64,000 nucleotides of DNA from Hamiltosporidium tvaerminnensis FI-OER-3-3 (lineage: Eukaryota; Fungi; Microsporidia). The notes beneath the pieces are model-generated. The model had not been told where the DNA came from and searched no databases. It saw nothing but the letters and a program-made list of their open reading frames with translations. How positions within the stretch are numbered: position 1 is the stretch's first letter; every line of letters begins with the position of its first letter. Positions 12,455 to 25,527 of the stretch are shown here, piece by piece. The position numbers and the translations under genes were made by a program. The stretch spans positions 496,001-560,000 of the forward strand of contig CM061254.1 of the NCBI GenBank assembly GCA_022605425.2, read 5' to 3'.

Positions 12455-12960
12455 TTTTAGATGGAACTGTATTCGCTTATTTCAGTTGAATTTGTAGATA
12501 ATTGCCATCCAAAAGCATAAAAACCAGATTTGCTCACTCGGGTTAGAAGAATTGGCGTTGAAAAGAACAAAAATAAAATCGTATAAAATCGAGAAAACCG
12601 GTAGCAGGTTATATATGTTGGTATGGCATTGCATTATCTAGGTAGATTCTCTATAAACCGCAATATATAACTTATCTAAAGGTCAATCAGGATCGGTGAG
12701 AGTAGTTTAATTGTGATTTTTGCAAGGTTAGGGAGCTTTAGATGGGGTTGACTTACGATCATATTCAAATCAACAGACATTAACAAACCCCTGGCGACTG
12801 CTTTACTCATTAATTAAGTTCTACATCATTTTAAGGTGAGAGACTTAAGAATTTGGGTATCGCAGAGTGTAGATGGATTGATGAGGTACAGGTTATCATG
12901 TTAAACCTAGAACTGCGTTAGTGGCATGAAAAAAAATTAACCCTTGCCACTTTTTTTGAG
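12455..12960 (+). repeat. Dispersed repeat copy B, 3' part
   Basis: Resumes homology to copy A (4440-4930): gctcactcgggttagaaga, aaaatcgagaaaac, gttggtatggcat, ttaaacctagaactgcgtta. Confidence 0.8.
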
Positions 12961-13960
12961 AAAAATGGTATAATATTACTTAAAGTTTATAGATTTCTGT
13001 AAAAAAATAAATTTATATTTTAATCCACAAAGTTTTAAGCAAATTTTATCATTGTTTCAACGCGTAAAAAAAATGTTCGTTGAAGTATAAAGCTGGCAAA
13101 AATATCTTTAAAAACGTACTGACTAACTGAAAATGTATAATTTAGTCCCGTATTATATTGATTATTTGTATTAAATTTTAACCGGAAAGATATAACACTA
13201 TCAATTTAATAAATATTCATGAGTGTAATTATTTTTTGATATTACGACAATAAAGGTTGAGTTACATATGTATTATCATATTTGATACATTTTATAACAA
13301 AACAATTAACTAAGCTAAGAACATATGTATAGATATTACGTGGAAAATTTACATTTGGATATAAACAAATCGAAAGTATTATCAAATATATCAAAAATCG
13401 TTTCATGTATCTATAAACATATTGATAAAAAAATTTTGTATTAAATATTTGAGGTAGAAATTTTATTTAAATATCACATTATACACTAGAAGCTATAAAT
13501 ATCACAGTAAAATTGAGTACTTTGAACATCTCAACGTATTAAAAGATTCTAAAGTTCATTCAAAGTCAAATTGTAGAATTTTCAATTTTTTAGAGAAATA
13601 TTTGATTTTTGTTTAGAATACAATGACATTTAATTCTAGATCAAAAAATACAACAAAATAACGGAGTAAAATGATTTAATATACATTCAAAATTGATAAA
13701 AATAGTGATATGCTAATAATATCTATAAAAATTCAGATCAGAGCATCTTTATGAACAAAATAATTATCAAAAGATTTAATTTTAAATTTAGAGACGAGAA
13801 AAAAATAAGAATCTATATGACCAAGAAAATAAAAAATTTTTCATTTTTTAGATTTGTTCCTGTAAGATAAACAAAGTGGTTTGATATTGGTTTGTATTAA
13901 ATGAATTATATGTAGTCTGACTCTTTTGTTATATTATTATTATTTTGATGAACAATTTTG

Positions 13961-13970
13961 AAATTTACCC
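13961..13970 (+). promoter_or_regulatory. Microsporidian AAATTT + CCC start-proximal signal (CAC2)
   Basis: aaatttaccc 10 nt before the ATG. Equivalent CCC motifs precede UBA3 (3810-3812), MPP6 (16990-16992), CDC23 (25519-25523), RPS26 (35280-35283), NEDD8 (43553-43555) and the Tom1-like gene (48709-48711). Confidence 0.75.
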
Positions 13971-13979
13971 TTCTTTTGA

Positions 13980-15533
13980 ATGAAAAACGTTGAAACAACA
14001 ACACATAACTTGTATTTTCACGATAATGCATCTATTTTTTCTATTGATGTTCATCATAAAGAAAATTTAATTGCAACATGTGGAAGCGATAAGGCAATAA
14101 GAATATGGAAGATGGAAATAAATTCAAAATTAAAACAAAATGAAGTTACTGTTGATGCACAGTGTCGAGCAAGCAATGAAATATCTATAAAACCAGAATT
14201 AGATAATTTTATTGAAGAAGAAATAAATTCGACGCCAAGTGATGAGAAAGAAGAATCAAGCAATGAAATATCTATAAAACCAGAATTAGATAATTTTATT
14301 GAAGAAGAAATAAATTCGACGCCAAGTGATGAGAAAGAAGAATCAAATAACGAAATATCTATAAAACCAGAATTAGATAATTTTATTGAAGAAGATAATA
14401 AAAATTCTCCGCCAAATGTGGAAATAAAGCAAGAACCGAACTCTTCCATGAATTTTTTACAATCCACTGGTTTTAAAATGAAATATTTTACTGCAGCAAA
14501 TTCTTCTTTAAGATTTGTCTATTCCAAAACACTTCTTAACCATTCTCGTAGTGTAAATTGTGTACGGTTTTCCATTTGTGGAAAATATTTAGCGAGTTGT
14601 TCTGATGGTGGTGAAATAGTTGTATATAGTATTTATGATAATGAGACAGTTATTGTGAGAGGCATTGATGGTGATGATGCCTATGATATTTGCTGGGGTA
14701 AAGATTATTTTTTTGTAGGATTTGGAAGTGGATTTGTCAGAATTTACAAAGTGAAACAAAATATTGTTTTTAATTCTCAAAATGTTAATTTAATTTTTGA
14801 AAAAACAGAAGATTCTGATAAAAGTCCCACTACAGATTCGAAAACAAACGAAGATGAAAATAAGAAAAATATTAAAAATAATAAACGTGTAAAAATTTTA
14901 CAAGAAAATCCATATTCTTTCAGTGTAACAGAAACATTTTCACAAAAAATTCATTCTGATTTAATTCAAGGCATTTCTTATAATTTGGAATTTTCTTTAT
15001 TTACAACTTTTAGTCGAGATAGATCCTGTAAAACATTTTTTTTTAATGAAAAAAAAATAAAAATGGTAGAAAAAATCGAAGGAATATTTTGTGGTGAACG
15101 AAGTAAATCTTTTTTTAGAAGAGGTTGTTACTCATCTGATGGTAAGTTTTTGTATTTATGTAGTGGATTAGTAAATTCTTCGGTATTTTCAAACGAATCA
15201 AAAAATATTCCAATAAATCCAACCCTTTCTCACATAGCAAATTTAGATGGTAAGAAAACAACCCATTGTATCTTTGTTTTACATTATCCGTTTAAATACA
15301 AATGCTTGTATGCTATCCTTGGTCCTTTCGATTCCGCAGTTACTAAAATTGTTTATTTAGAAGAAAAATTATTTGTAGTCACTAAAAAAAGTATTTATGT
15401 CTTTGAAAATCAAAATTTACTCTTCTGTGTTGCAAATATAGGCTTTCTACCCGTAACTGATGGTGTTTTCTGGAATAATTATTTTATAATTTCTAGTTTG
15501 GACGGATTTCTTTCAAGTATAAAAATTTCTTAA
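13980..15533 (+). CDS. CAC2: Chromatin assembly factor 1 subunit B (p60/Cac2), WD40 protein
   Basis: HDNASIFSIDVH, ATCGSDKAIRIW, NHSRSVNCVRFS..GKYLASCSDGG, DAYDICW, HSDLIQGISY, SFFRRGCYSSDG. Upstream aaatttaccc signal. HIRA is a less likely alternative. Confidence 0.8.
   Translation: MKNVETTTHNLYFHDNASIFSIDVHHKENLIATCGSDKAIRIWKMEINSKLKQNEVTVDAQCRASNEISIKPELDNFIEEEINSTPSDEKEESSNEISIKPELDNFIEEEINSTPSDEKEESNNEISIKPELDNFIEEDNKNSPPNVEIKQEPNSSMNFLQSTGFKMKYFTAANSSLRFVYSKTLLNHSRSVNCVRFSICGKYLASCSDGGEIVVYSIYDNETVIVRGIDGDDAYDICWGKDYFFVGFGSGFVRIYKVKQNIVFNSQNVNLIFEKTEDSDKSPTTDSKTNEDENKKNIKNNKRVKILQENPYSFSVTETFSQKIHSDLIQGISYNLEFSLFTTFSRDRSCKTFFFNEKKIKMVEKIEGIFCGERSKSFFRRGCYSSDGKFLYLCSGLVNSSVFSNESKNIPINPTLSHIANLDGKKTTHCIFVLHYPFKYKCLYAILGPFDSAVTKIVYLEEKLFVVTKKSIYVFENQNLLFCVANIGFLPVTDGVFWNNYFIISSLDGFLSSIKIS
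14171..14395 (+). repeat. 87-bp (29-aa) coding tandem repeat, ~2.6 copies, in CAC2
   Basis: SNEISIKPELDNFIEEEINSTPSDEKEES repeated. Confidence 0.95.
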
Positions 15534-16540
15534 ACACTAATTTTTTTCAGATAAAATTAAAATCAATTTCAACTTTTACTATAAATGCCTTGTATTTCAG
15601 ATATCTTATTACGGTTAAAATAACCAAACCTTTATTTAAATAGCTTTTCTTATGAAATATTTAAATCATAAATATTTTTTGTCAATTATTACAATTTTTA
15701 AAATAGACTTTTTTCAGTTACCAAATTGTAGATAATACTTAGTTTAAATTTTTTAGTTTATAAATTATAATAATTGAAAAAAAATATTTTATAATTTAAA
15801 TCTATTATTTAAATTTAAAAGAATAACTCTATATATTTTCATAAGCTAAGAAGTAAAAATTATTTTATAAAAAATTTCAATTTTATACATTTCACAATTT
15901 CTAAGGTATTGTTATTTCTAGACTTTAAAATAATTACAAATATATTTAATTTTGTATCGTTAAAATAGATTAATTCTGATTGCTTTTAATTTTATTTCTA
16001 TATAAAGTCTTAAACAAAAGTTAGTATTAAATATTTTAGTATTTTTTTCAAATTACAATCTAATTAATCTTTGAAATCCTCTATTTGAATAAATATGAAA
16101 TATTTTTCTCTTAAATCCTCTATTTGAATAAATATGAAATATTTTACTCTTACATCCTCTATTTGAATAAATACTAGAACATTTACTTTTTTTGGAAAGT
16201 AAATACAAAAATTTTAATTTTTTTGTTCAAAAAATGAAAGAGGAGAATATATGAATATGAAATTATAAATTGAACCGAATAAAAAACTATTTCTTAATAA
16301 ATTTTATACATTGAGAATTTCTAATGAATATCAATATTAGAAAATAATCTACAGAATATTAGAAAATACTTAAGAGTTAATATTTTATTTAAAATATAAA
16401 ATAAATATAAAACATTTAGAAATACTTATTTGAGCGGTTTTTTTTATTTAAAATAATAATAGATTTGTTAGTAAATTTAATAGATAGTTATGAATTATAA
16501 TTTAGAAAGAATTCAAAGATTTAAAAGAATTGTAAATACA

Positions 16541-16750
16541 AATTAAAAAATTAGAAAAAATTAAAAAATTAGAAAATTAAAAAATTAAAAAATTAAAAAA
16601 TTAAAAAATTAGAAAATTAAAAAATTAAAAAATTAAAAAATTAGAAAATTAGAAAATTAAAAAATTAAAAAATTAAAAAATTAAAAAATTAAAAAATTAG
16701 AAAATTAAAAAATTAGAAAATTAAAAAATTAAAAAATTAAAAAATTAAAA
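16541..16750. repeat. 8-bp microsatellite (aattaaaa/aattagaa)n, ~26 units
   Basis: Seen directly; lies just 3' of the Mpp6-like stop codon. Confidence 0.95.
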
Positions 16751-16785
16751 TCTTTATTATAAACATTTTTTTTTTCAATTTATCT

Positions 16786-16977
16786 TTATATTTTTTTCTT
16801 TTTTGATGAAAATGTAGAATTCTCTTTATTGCTATTACTTCTTATTCCTTTGAATTCAAATACATTTTTTGTACAAAACCATGATGTAAATGATTCTTCT
16901 ATTTCTACAAATTCTTTTTTAACAGCTTTTTGCATAAATTTTAAACCTCTTAAGTTTTTGCTAAGTTCTGTTGGCAT
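16786..16977 (-). CDS. MPP6: Miniature Mpp6 (M-phase phosphoprotein 6, nuclear exosome cofactor)-like protein, 63 aa
   Basis: N-terminal LSKNLRGLKFMQK matches the conserved Mpp6 LSKNLLRMKFMQR motif. Later W and GIRS resemble the G-R-S motif; basic tail. cccaaattt upstream of the ATG. Confidence 0.7.
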   Translation of the reverse strand: MPTELSKNLRGLKFMQKAVKKEFVEIEESFTSWFCTKNVFEFKGIRSNSNKENSTFSSKKKKI

Positions 16978-19900
16978 TTATAAAAATTTGGGTTACTTTT
17001 TAAGAAAATATTTAATGCTGAATTATTTTCTTTGTATTTGTTCGTTTATATTAATTTTTTTTTGAATTATTTGATTCGTATTTTGTATTAATTTAATTTT
17101 CATATTTTGAGTCAATGCGTTGATTTCGGTCTTTATAGCCTTAATTAGGGGTAAAAAATTGTTGTTTTCGTTGGTCAAATCTTCTTTTTCAGTAATGTTT
17201 ATATTAAGGTCGATGTAAATTGTTAAGGATTTTGAAAAATGGGATGGAACAAATAATAAATTTTATAGAAATATTTAGAGTATCGAGGCATTTAGTAATT
17301 CTGAGAATTAAATTAGCAATTTGTGAGAATTTGTATATTCTGATCCGTTAGAAACACTTTCTTTTCGAATATTCGTTAAAATTATATTTCAAATTATTTA
17401 AAACAAATTGGTTTCTTCATTTTATTCTTAGGAAGATAACTAACATTTAAAAAAGAAAGAAAAGAAAATTTTGCTTTCCTACTCAATAAACAAAAAAATG
17501 AAAGCAAATCTTAAGTCGTTGAAGGGCAAAAAGTGTCAGCGAAAAATCTATTGGATTTTAATTGACTATCAAAAATTGTAGCAGGTGCACTTTGCTAAAA
17601 GCTCTCAATTTATTGAAGTGGCCAAAAAAATGTGGGGTATTAATATTGACCGAGCAATGTAATTATGCATCCTATATTTTTTAAAATTTTAAATTTTTTA
17701 CTTTTTTAGGTTATTATTCATAAAACCTAAGATAATCAGATTAATTGTTACATGTATATGTAATAAGAATATGGGGCACTCAGATATTCTTTTAACACCA
17801 TAATAAATTCTTTCTTGCTAGTTCTTTACTCAAATCAGCAGTAGATATAAACTAATTAATTTCATCGATCAAAATAAATATTTAGATTCTCTTTTGAATT
17901 CCTAAAAATTTTATCTGAAAATATTAAAACACTAAATAAATTTAATCAGTAAACAAAAAAGTGATATCAACAGGATAAAAACTGTTTTATATTTTATCAT
18001 ACAAAGGTGTGATAAAAATATCAACAAAACTATAAAGTCAGTTTTGGATTTATTCCCAAAATCAAGATGAATGGTTTTCAAAGTATATCACGGTTTTTAA
18101 CGTTTTAAATTACAATTTAAATTTAAATTTTTATTGAACATTTAGTTGGAAAATAGATATAAATAAAAATCATTAGTTCTTTGCAAAAAAAAGTGTTAAA
18201 ATTTATAAAAAAAGAAACTTTGGGCGTGGAATCGTTACCGTACGCAATAGATTTTGCGCATTTTCTTTTCGTTCAAAATAATCTCGAATTAGCTATGGAA
18301 TCTATTTCAAACTATCTACGATGTGGAATTTCAACAAAATATGAATTAAAATTTATGGCTTTCCGCAAAATTCAGATGGTAAAAATCATGAGATCGCATT
18401 TAAAACATTTCAAATAAATATATTAAAAGAGAAAAGCTAATAAGTTCGATTGTTGATATATCTACGATTTATAAGTTAGGTTTTTCAAAGAAAACCAATA
18501 TAATCATAAAAAATAAATTCTTGAAATATTTTTTAATCTATTTTTTTGAACTATTTAAAGTTACAAAGAAATTAATGAAGATTCCGACCGTTCTGGGTTT
18601 GATCAAATGTTCTTATCTCTCAATTAATGATATCACTGGTGGGGTATCAAAAGAAATACCTGATCAATTTCAAGAATACTTTCAAACTTGTAGAATTTTA
18701 CAACTTATCTAGTATTTGTAAAAATATTTTCAGAAAACGTGATTTGTGACCTAACAATAAATAATGACATAATGGTCAACGAATTCAAAATATGATTTGA
18801 TTTAACAAAATCAAATGCATTTGTTGGATGCTATACTCATTTTTTAATTAAAAAAAAATCCGAAATACATGAAGCTAAAGGTATCAACAAACTAAGCTAT
18901 AAAACAACAATTAATGTTTATCGTATTATGTTTTGATTATTTTGATTTTAGAAAATACCGAAATGAGACTTTCATTCCTGAATGAATCATTTTTTTTTAG
19001 AAAATTTCAGAGAAATTTTGAATTTGAATATTTTTATACATTGAAAAATACGAAAGATATAGTTTATATGTTTATATATTATTTTGACGAGATTCTAAAA
19101 GATTTGAGTTTAATTATAAATGGTTTAGGAATCTCAATTATAATAAAAAGATAGTAAGATCTTTCTTTAACCTAGCAGTCGTATTAGATCAAGATTGTAT
19201 TTGATATAATTTACGGAAGACAAAAATTGTAGATATTTTGAAATTCTTAATGTCAAAAGCTACAATTTGAAAATAAGATATTTTAACAGTGAAAAAATCA
19301 TATACCGGGTGAAATATTTGGTATTAATTCTTTTCTAGGCACTTTGATTTTTTATTCAAAATATAATTGTGATTATTAAATGCCTTGTAAGTATTTGAAA
19401 AAAATTAAATAGATTTATCATGATATATCTTAACAGTTAATTTTATACTTTTTATACTGTTTTTTAAGTATTAAAAAAAAGAAATCAAATGGTTTACTTA
19501 ATAAGACTGTGAATATACTGGTAAAAATTTAAATAAATTACTTTTTAGCATTAGCAATATTTTTAGGAACTGAAATTGGTTTAAATATCGAATGCTACAA
19601 CAAACAGCTGAAGAACTCTTTGAAATTTCCCGAAAACGTAAACTTTAATTTATTATTTCAGAAGATACTAAATTAGGAATTAGTTTTAATAAATATAAAA
19701 AAAGAAAAAAAACAAAATCGATTTTAATTTACATATAATTGAACAATAAAAAAAAATCAGAATTAAAGATGCATGATATGAAACCAAAGTTATTTAATAA
19801 ATAGAAAAAAAAATTTGAAAAAAAAGAATGGGACCGAGATATACTGCAGTGATATAAAAAAACTTTTACAAATTAAAAACGTAATATTAAAAATATAATT

Positions 19901-20249
19901 TTATGAATTATTTTAATATATATTAAACCGAGAACATTGTGTCTGTGCTAAGAATTCTTCACTTCAAAATTTAATGATAACAAATTTTATATAAACTGCA
20001 TATATTAAACCATATAAGGAAGAAACGATTAAATTGGGAGTAAACGGGTTTTAATATGTATATCTTTAGCTAAAATTTCTCTTTCAACCGATGACATGTG
20101 GTCAAATCGAAAGTAGAACAAAAAATTGGTATTAAAATCAAATAAAATGTGCTATCTTTAGAGATTTAATAAAATAGTTTGGTTTTATAATTGTCAATAA
20201 GGTTTCTTTTTTTTCATATTAATAAATAATTTATATTATATGTTTTTTT

Positions 20250-21545
20250 AAACTTAACTACATCCAGGATGTAAAAAACGTCTATAACTTCCCCGCTAAA
20301 GAACTTGAAAAAAATTTAAATGGTGTTGAACTCAAAAGTAAACATATTATTTTGCAACTTTTGGATTGTTGTAGAAATTTAAAGGTAAATCTACCAGAAG
20401 AGCAGGAATCCCCAAAGGTTGAGAACAATACCAAAACTCATCTTAAACTAACAAAAAAACTTTTTAAAAGTATAATAAGGGTTATAAGAGGAAGTCCAAA
20501 TGAAGAAATTAGAAACAGTTCAACTAGCTAACGTTTATAGCGAAATATAAAACCGAAAACTACATTCAAAGAAATATAATACGTGAAATAACGAGCTGGA
20601 AGGTATAAATGATCCCTCAAACTGGTTAACGAAAGGGAATCTAAGGCCACGTGATAAAGCAGTGATTTTCTATATTCAAGATATAGAAGATGGTGTGTGT
20701 CAACACAGCAGCAAGTCTGGTAAAACTGTAGATCATCTTGCAAATCGATGTGAAAAAAGGCTAGACCATAACTATACTATACGACACAATGAGGTTTTAC
20801 AACGCATAAATTTACTTCTGCTAAATAGATATCATTTTGAGTCATCAAAACAAATTAGGAGCCATTCAGTTCAGAAAATTCTTGATAACGAGTAAGCAGA
20901 GATTAGAGTAGAACCCAGAATAAAAATTGATATCAAGATTCGGTGCAACAAACCTGATATATTTATTTGAGACAAGAGAAAAAATAAGATAGCAATCGTC
21001 GAAGTAGGAATTACTTTCCAAGATTCACTTCAAACACTTATAACAGAGAAACATAGGATTAAGGCCTTTTAGCAAATGAGTTAGGGTTGAGATAATTCCC
21101 TGTGTAGTGCCTTGGGACGGTATTGTGACAAAATATTATAAGATGTGTCTCAAAAAAATTCAAATATTCATTAATGCAGAGGAATGTATAGAATCCATAA
21201 TACTTGAGAAGATTGTCAAAACAATTTCCTTTGATCCACAAGAGGACTTGAGTTGGACTAAATGTCGAAGAAAGTTGGGAAAGATCATAATTGTGCGTTG
21301 AAGAAACCGAGATGCATAGGCAACCAACACTCCCTTTAAAGCAAGTAGACAACGATGCAAATGGTGTGCAACAAGTAAATCTAAAAACATTTCACCCTTT
21401 AGCCTAAATAGCTAAACCACTGCGGAAGAACCTGCAATTAATTCCAATGGTTAGTCGGATTTAAATGATAGAAGTGATTGGTTAAAATAATTAAAAAATT
21501 ATATAAAAGTGTGAAGATTTGTCAGCCCAGAATTTTATTAAATAC
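20250..21545 (+). mobile_element. Old 5'-truncated R4/Dong-like (RLE) non-LTR retrotransposon fragment
   Basis: Degenerate GKTVDHLANRCEK, RHNEV, RSHSVQKILDNE, PWDGIVTKY. Ends in the family terminus cccagaattttattaaata. Confidence 0.85.
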
Positions 21546-21636
21546 ATTTTTTAGGTATAATATTTGACTTTTAAAAAAATATAAAGTATAATGTATAAAA
21601 AACAATGAAAAACAAATAATAATATTTTTTTGTTTA

Positions 21637-24600
21637 ATGGGTATAAGAAAATATGTAGGCAGCGAAAAACAAAAAGAAAAAATAATAAAGGCTGCAAACA
21701 GGGCAAGTGAAGTGGATGTGGTAATTAGAGAGTGTAAAAACGACCAGGGAATTCCACAGCCAAGCTCATACACACCATCCACCATCATAAATAACACTTC
21801 TATACCACCAAGCGAAGCAAACACAAACACAAAGGTATGCTTGCTTAACACCATACCCTCGCCATCTAACCCTATGCATTCAAGCACCGTAATCCCCTGG
21901 CCAGATATAGCTGCTAATGGGCCAAACCTTTGTACCATACCTATTTCCGAAAGCCTCGTTGTACTCCGATCCATACTCAGGTCTATAGAGGCCGAGCGTC
22001 AAGAATTTATTCGATGTGTTTTTTTTGCAGTACAAACAAGGTTTGACCGAATGCCTAGAAATGGATGCAAGGGATACAGAGCTACTATAATGAGAAGTTC
22101 TCCTGTACCGAAACTATCGATGTGCTAAAAAGAATGGCACACAATAAGACGGAAGAGGAAATTAGGCAAAAAGAGAATGGAGAGCGACGTCGAATCGCCA
22201 CTTGTCTCGCCGAGCCATGTTCCTTGACCGATGCTACTCGATTTATAAGCCTGAGAGAAAAATACTTGAGTAATATCAAAAAAATATCTGAGGAGGAAAT
22301 CGGAAAAGTAGTAGTCCGAACTCGAAAGCTTCCAAATGAATTGGTTGACACTACAGTTCTTGATCTTATTAATCGAATAGTCGGTGAATATGCTGACTAT
22401 CATGTACCTATGACGATAACAGACATTGCCCGAATTATCCAGACAGCCCAGGTATGTTATGACGATGAAACACGTAAAGAGAGGCCAAGATCAGCGTGGA
22501 AAGAAAGCTTTGAGAGTAAAATTTCAGTGTTAAAACTTTCAAAAGATATCCTCGAGAATGCAAGTAGACGGGAAGAACTCTCCTCTTCTCAAACTAAAAG
22601 TCTTAAAAAAATTATGCGAGAGTTTAATTTAGACCCAAACAAAACAAATGATCTATCGGAGGCTTTAGTTAAGAAGAATGAGCTGATAACTGTTTACGAA
22701 AAAAAACTTACGATGTACGAAAGTAGGAAGCAATTCGAAAAAAGAGAATCGTATGTTTGAGCTGTTCCGAGGTAGATATTATCGTGGCCTGTCTGAGCGT
22801 GTGGAATCCGAGCATGTGGTTAATCGTGACGAAATTGTAAGTTTTTGGTCCACAATGTGAACAAAAATTATGAAATAGTTACGTATGATGAGTATCTGAT
22901 ACCTTCGTGCCAGATACTCACCAGGCCACGTTTACTTCACTTGATGGATTTGTAGATATTATCAATTGGCTTCCTAACTGGAAAGCCGCCGGAATTGATG
23001 GGATCTACAATTTTTATATCAAGAAACTTACGACTCTTCACAAATATCTTTATGATATTGTGAAAGCCATATGTTTTGAAGGAACACCACAGGCTAATTG
23101 GTTTTATCATGGGCTAACGTATCTCATTCCAAAAAGCGTACCACAAAAAGGCTCCGAATATAGGCCAATAACTTGTATGTCAAACCTTTACAAGCTGACG
23201 ACAAAGTGAGTTACAAAAGTTGTTCAGCTTGAGGTGGAGAGGCGAGGGTTACTAGCAGATAATCAATTGGGTGCTGTGAGAGGTGTGCAAGGAGCGAAGG
23301 AGCAGGCCCTGCTAAATGTTGCTCTTAATAAAGAGTATGGAAATAATCTTAAGGCAACATGGATTGATGTTAAAAAAGCTTATGATTCAATAGATCATGC
23401 TTATTTAACTCAATGCATTGAAAACCTTAATTTACCTGATTGGATCCTGAAATTTATTAAGGTAATTATATCAAAATGGAAAATTGATATATCAGTAGGG
23501 CCTGAAAAAATCATGAGCAAGAAGATTGATAGAGGGATTCTACAAGGAGATAGTCTGTCACCTTTGTTATTTGTGCTGTGTATGGATCCATTAAGCCGAA
23601 AGCTTAATGAAAAATACACAAAATTGACAGTACAAACAGATGCGGAATCCCATTCTACTAATCATCTCTTTTTTATTGATGATTTTAAGCTACTTGCAAA
23701 AGACAGCTCCACATTGAATGCTATGACAGGCGAGGCAAAGGAATTTTTAGAGGTGATTGGCTTAGAGATTAACAAAGACAAGTCAGCCACAAATGATACG
23801 TGTTGTGAAGATACTGCCACTCTTCTAGAAGGTGTTAGTGTTTACAAATATTTAGGAATAATAGAAGATAGCAGAGGAATCCCAACACGAGCTCATTTGA
23901 AGAAGTACAGAGCAAACTCATATCAAGAGTTGAAAGACTATGTCACACTAGATTAAATGTAAAAAATTTATTTTCTGCAATCAATCAACATGCGATATCG
24001 TTAATAAACTACCACATAGGAGTACTTCGACTTGAACCGGCTGACTTCTCTAAGTTAGATGATGTAGTGCGTGCGGTGTTGGTGAAGAATAAGATACATC
24101 TCCGCCCATGATGTAAAGAGCGTTTATACCTTCCTAGAACAGAACTTGGAAGAGGCCTACATAGTGTTGAGTTGCGAAGCGAACATATGCTTCTGCAACT
24201 CTTGGATTGTCTGGAAAAAAGAATAGAAATATCTACTAGACGAGTAGCAATCCTAAAAGTGGGGAATAATAATAAAACCCATCTTGCACTAATAAAAGAC
24301 TTTTTACAAGTAAAATACGGGATGGCAGAGGAAGTCACAAAAAAGAAATTGGAAGAAGCTCAACTAGCTAACCTATATAACGAAATCAAAAACCGAAAAC
24401 TACATTCAAAGTTATATAGCGCTAGAAATAACGAGCTGGTAAGTGTAAATGACTCCTCAAGATGGATAAAGAAAGGAAGTGTAAGACCACGTGATGAAGC
24501 AGTGTTCTGTTATATCCAGGATAGAAATGTATTCTGGGGTGCAGAAGGTATGTGTCAACACTGCAACCAGTCTAGGAAAACTGTTGATCACTTAGCAACG

Positions 24601-25432
24601 AGATGTGAAAAAATGCTTGGTCATGACTATACTAGACGACATAATGAAGTAGTACGATGTATACATTTACTCTTCCTGAATAAATATAAGTTTAAGTCTT
24701 CGAAACGAATTAGAAGCCACTCAGTTCAAGAAATTCTTGATAACGAATATGCAGAGATAAGAGTGGACACCAGAATAAAAACTGATGTCAAGATCCGGTG
24801 TAACAGACCAGATATATTTATTTTAGACAAGAGACAGAATAGGATAAACCTCATTGAATTAGGAATCACATCCCAAGACTCTCTTCAAATAGTTGAAACA
24901 GAGAAGCTTAGGAAGTATGACCTATTAGCAAATGAGTTAGGTCTTATTTATAAATGCAATGTAGAGATAATTCCTTATGTGATGACCTGGGACGGTATTG
25001 TGACAAAATACCATAAGACGTATGTTAAGAGACTGCAAATACCCATGAATGTAGAGGCATATATACAATCCATAGTACTCAAGAAGACAGTCGAAACAAT
25101 TTCTTTTGATCGACGAAGAGGACTTGAGTCAGGACTAAATGCTGAGGAGAGCTGGGAGAGAGCATCATTAAGTGTTATTTTAGGAGCTGAGATGCATAAA
25201 CAACCAATACCCCCTTTAAAGCAAGTAGACAACGAGGAAGATTATTTTAAAACGGAAAATACAAAAAATATTTACTCCTTATTTTGGATGGTATAACCGC
25301 AGCAAAGGAACCAACAACTAATACAAATGAAGAATTGGAGTTGGAGGAAGAAATAGAAGTGGTTGAAATGGTGGAAAGAATTATTTAAAAAGAAAAATTT
25401 GTTAACCCAGAATTTTATTAAATAAAAAAAAA
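21637..25432 (+). mobile_element. Full-length, disabled R4/Dong-like non-LTR retrotransposon (RT + CCHC + restriction-like endonuclease), copy 1
   Basis: ORF pieces 21637-25296: KAAGIDGI, YRPITC, WIDVKKAYDS, GILQGDSLSPLLF, FIDD, YKYLG, CQHC...HLATRC, RHNEV, RPDI, IELG, K..KY. 3' taacccagaattttattaaataaaaaaaa. Several stops and frameshifts. Confidence 0.95.
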
Positions 25433-25527
25433 TTAGGTTTCGCAAATCCCATTTTTTTCTATATTCATTTATATACCTCATTGGTTTTCCTTTAGCATAT
25501 TATTTAGGATCATTAAAACCCCCTTAT

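Noticed and set aside
16541-16750. 8-bp array as a telomere
   Set aside because: Internal position, nearly G-free, unlike TTAGG-type telomeric repeats
17400-19600. Short + strand ORFs (18181, 18521, 18933) as genes
   Set aside because: No recognisable motifs or start signals; possibly very old pseudogene debris
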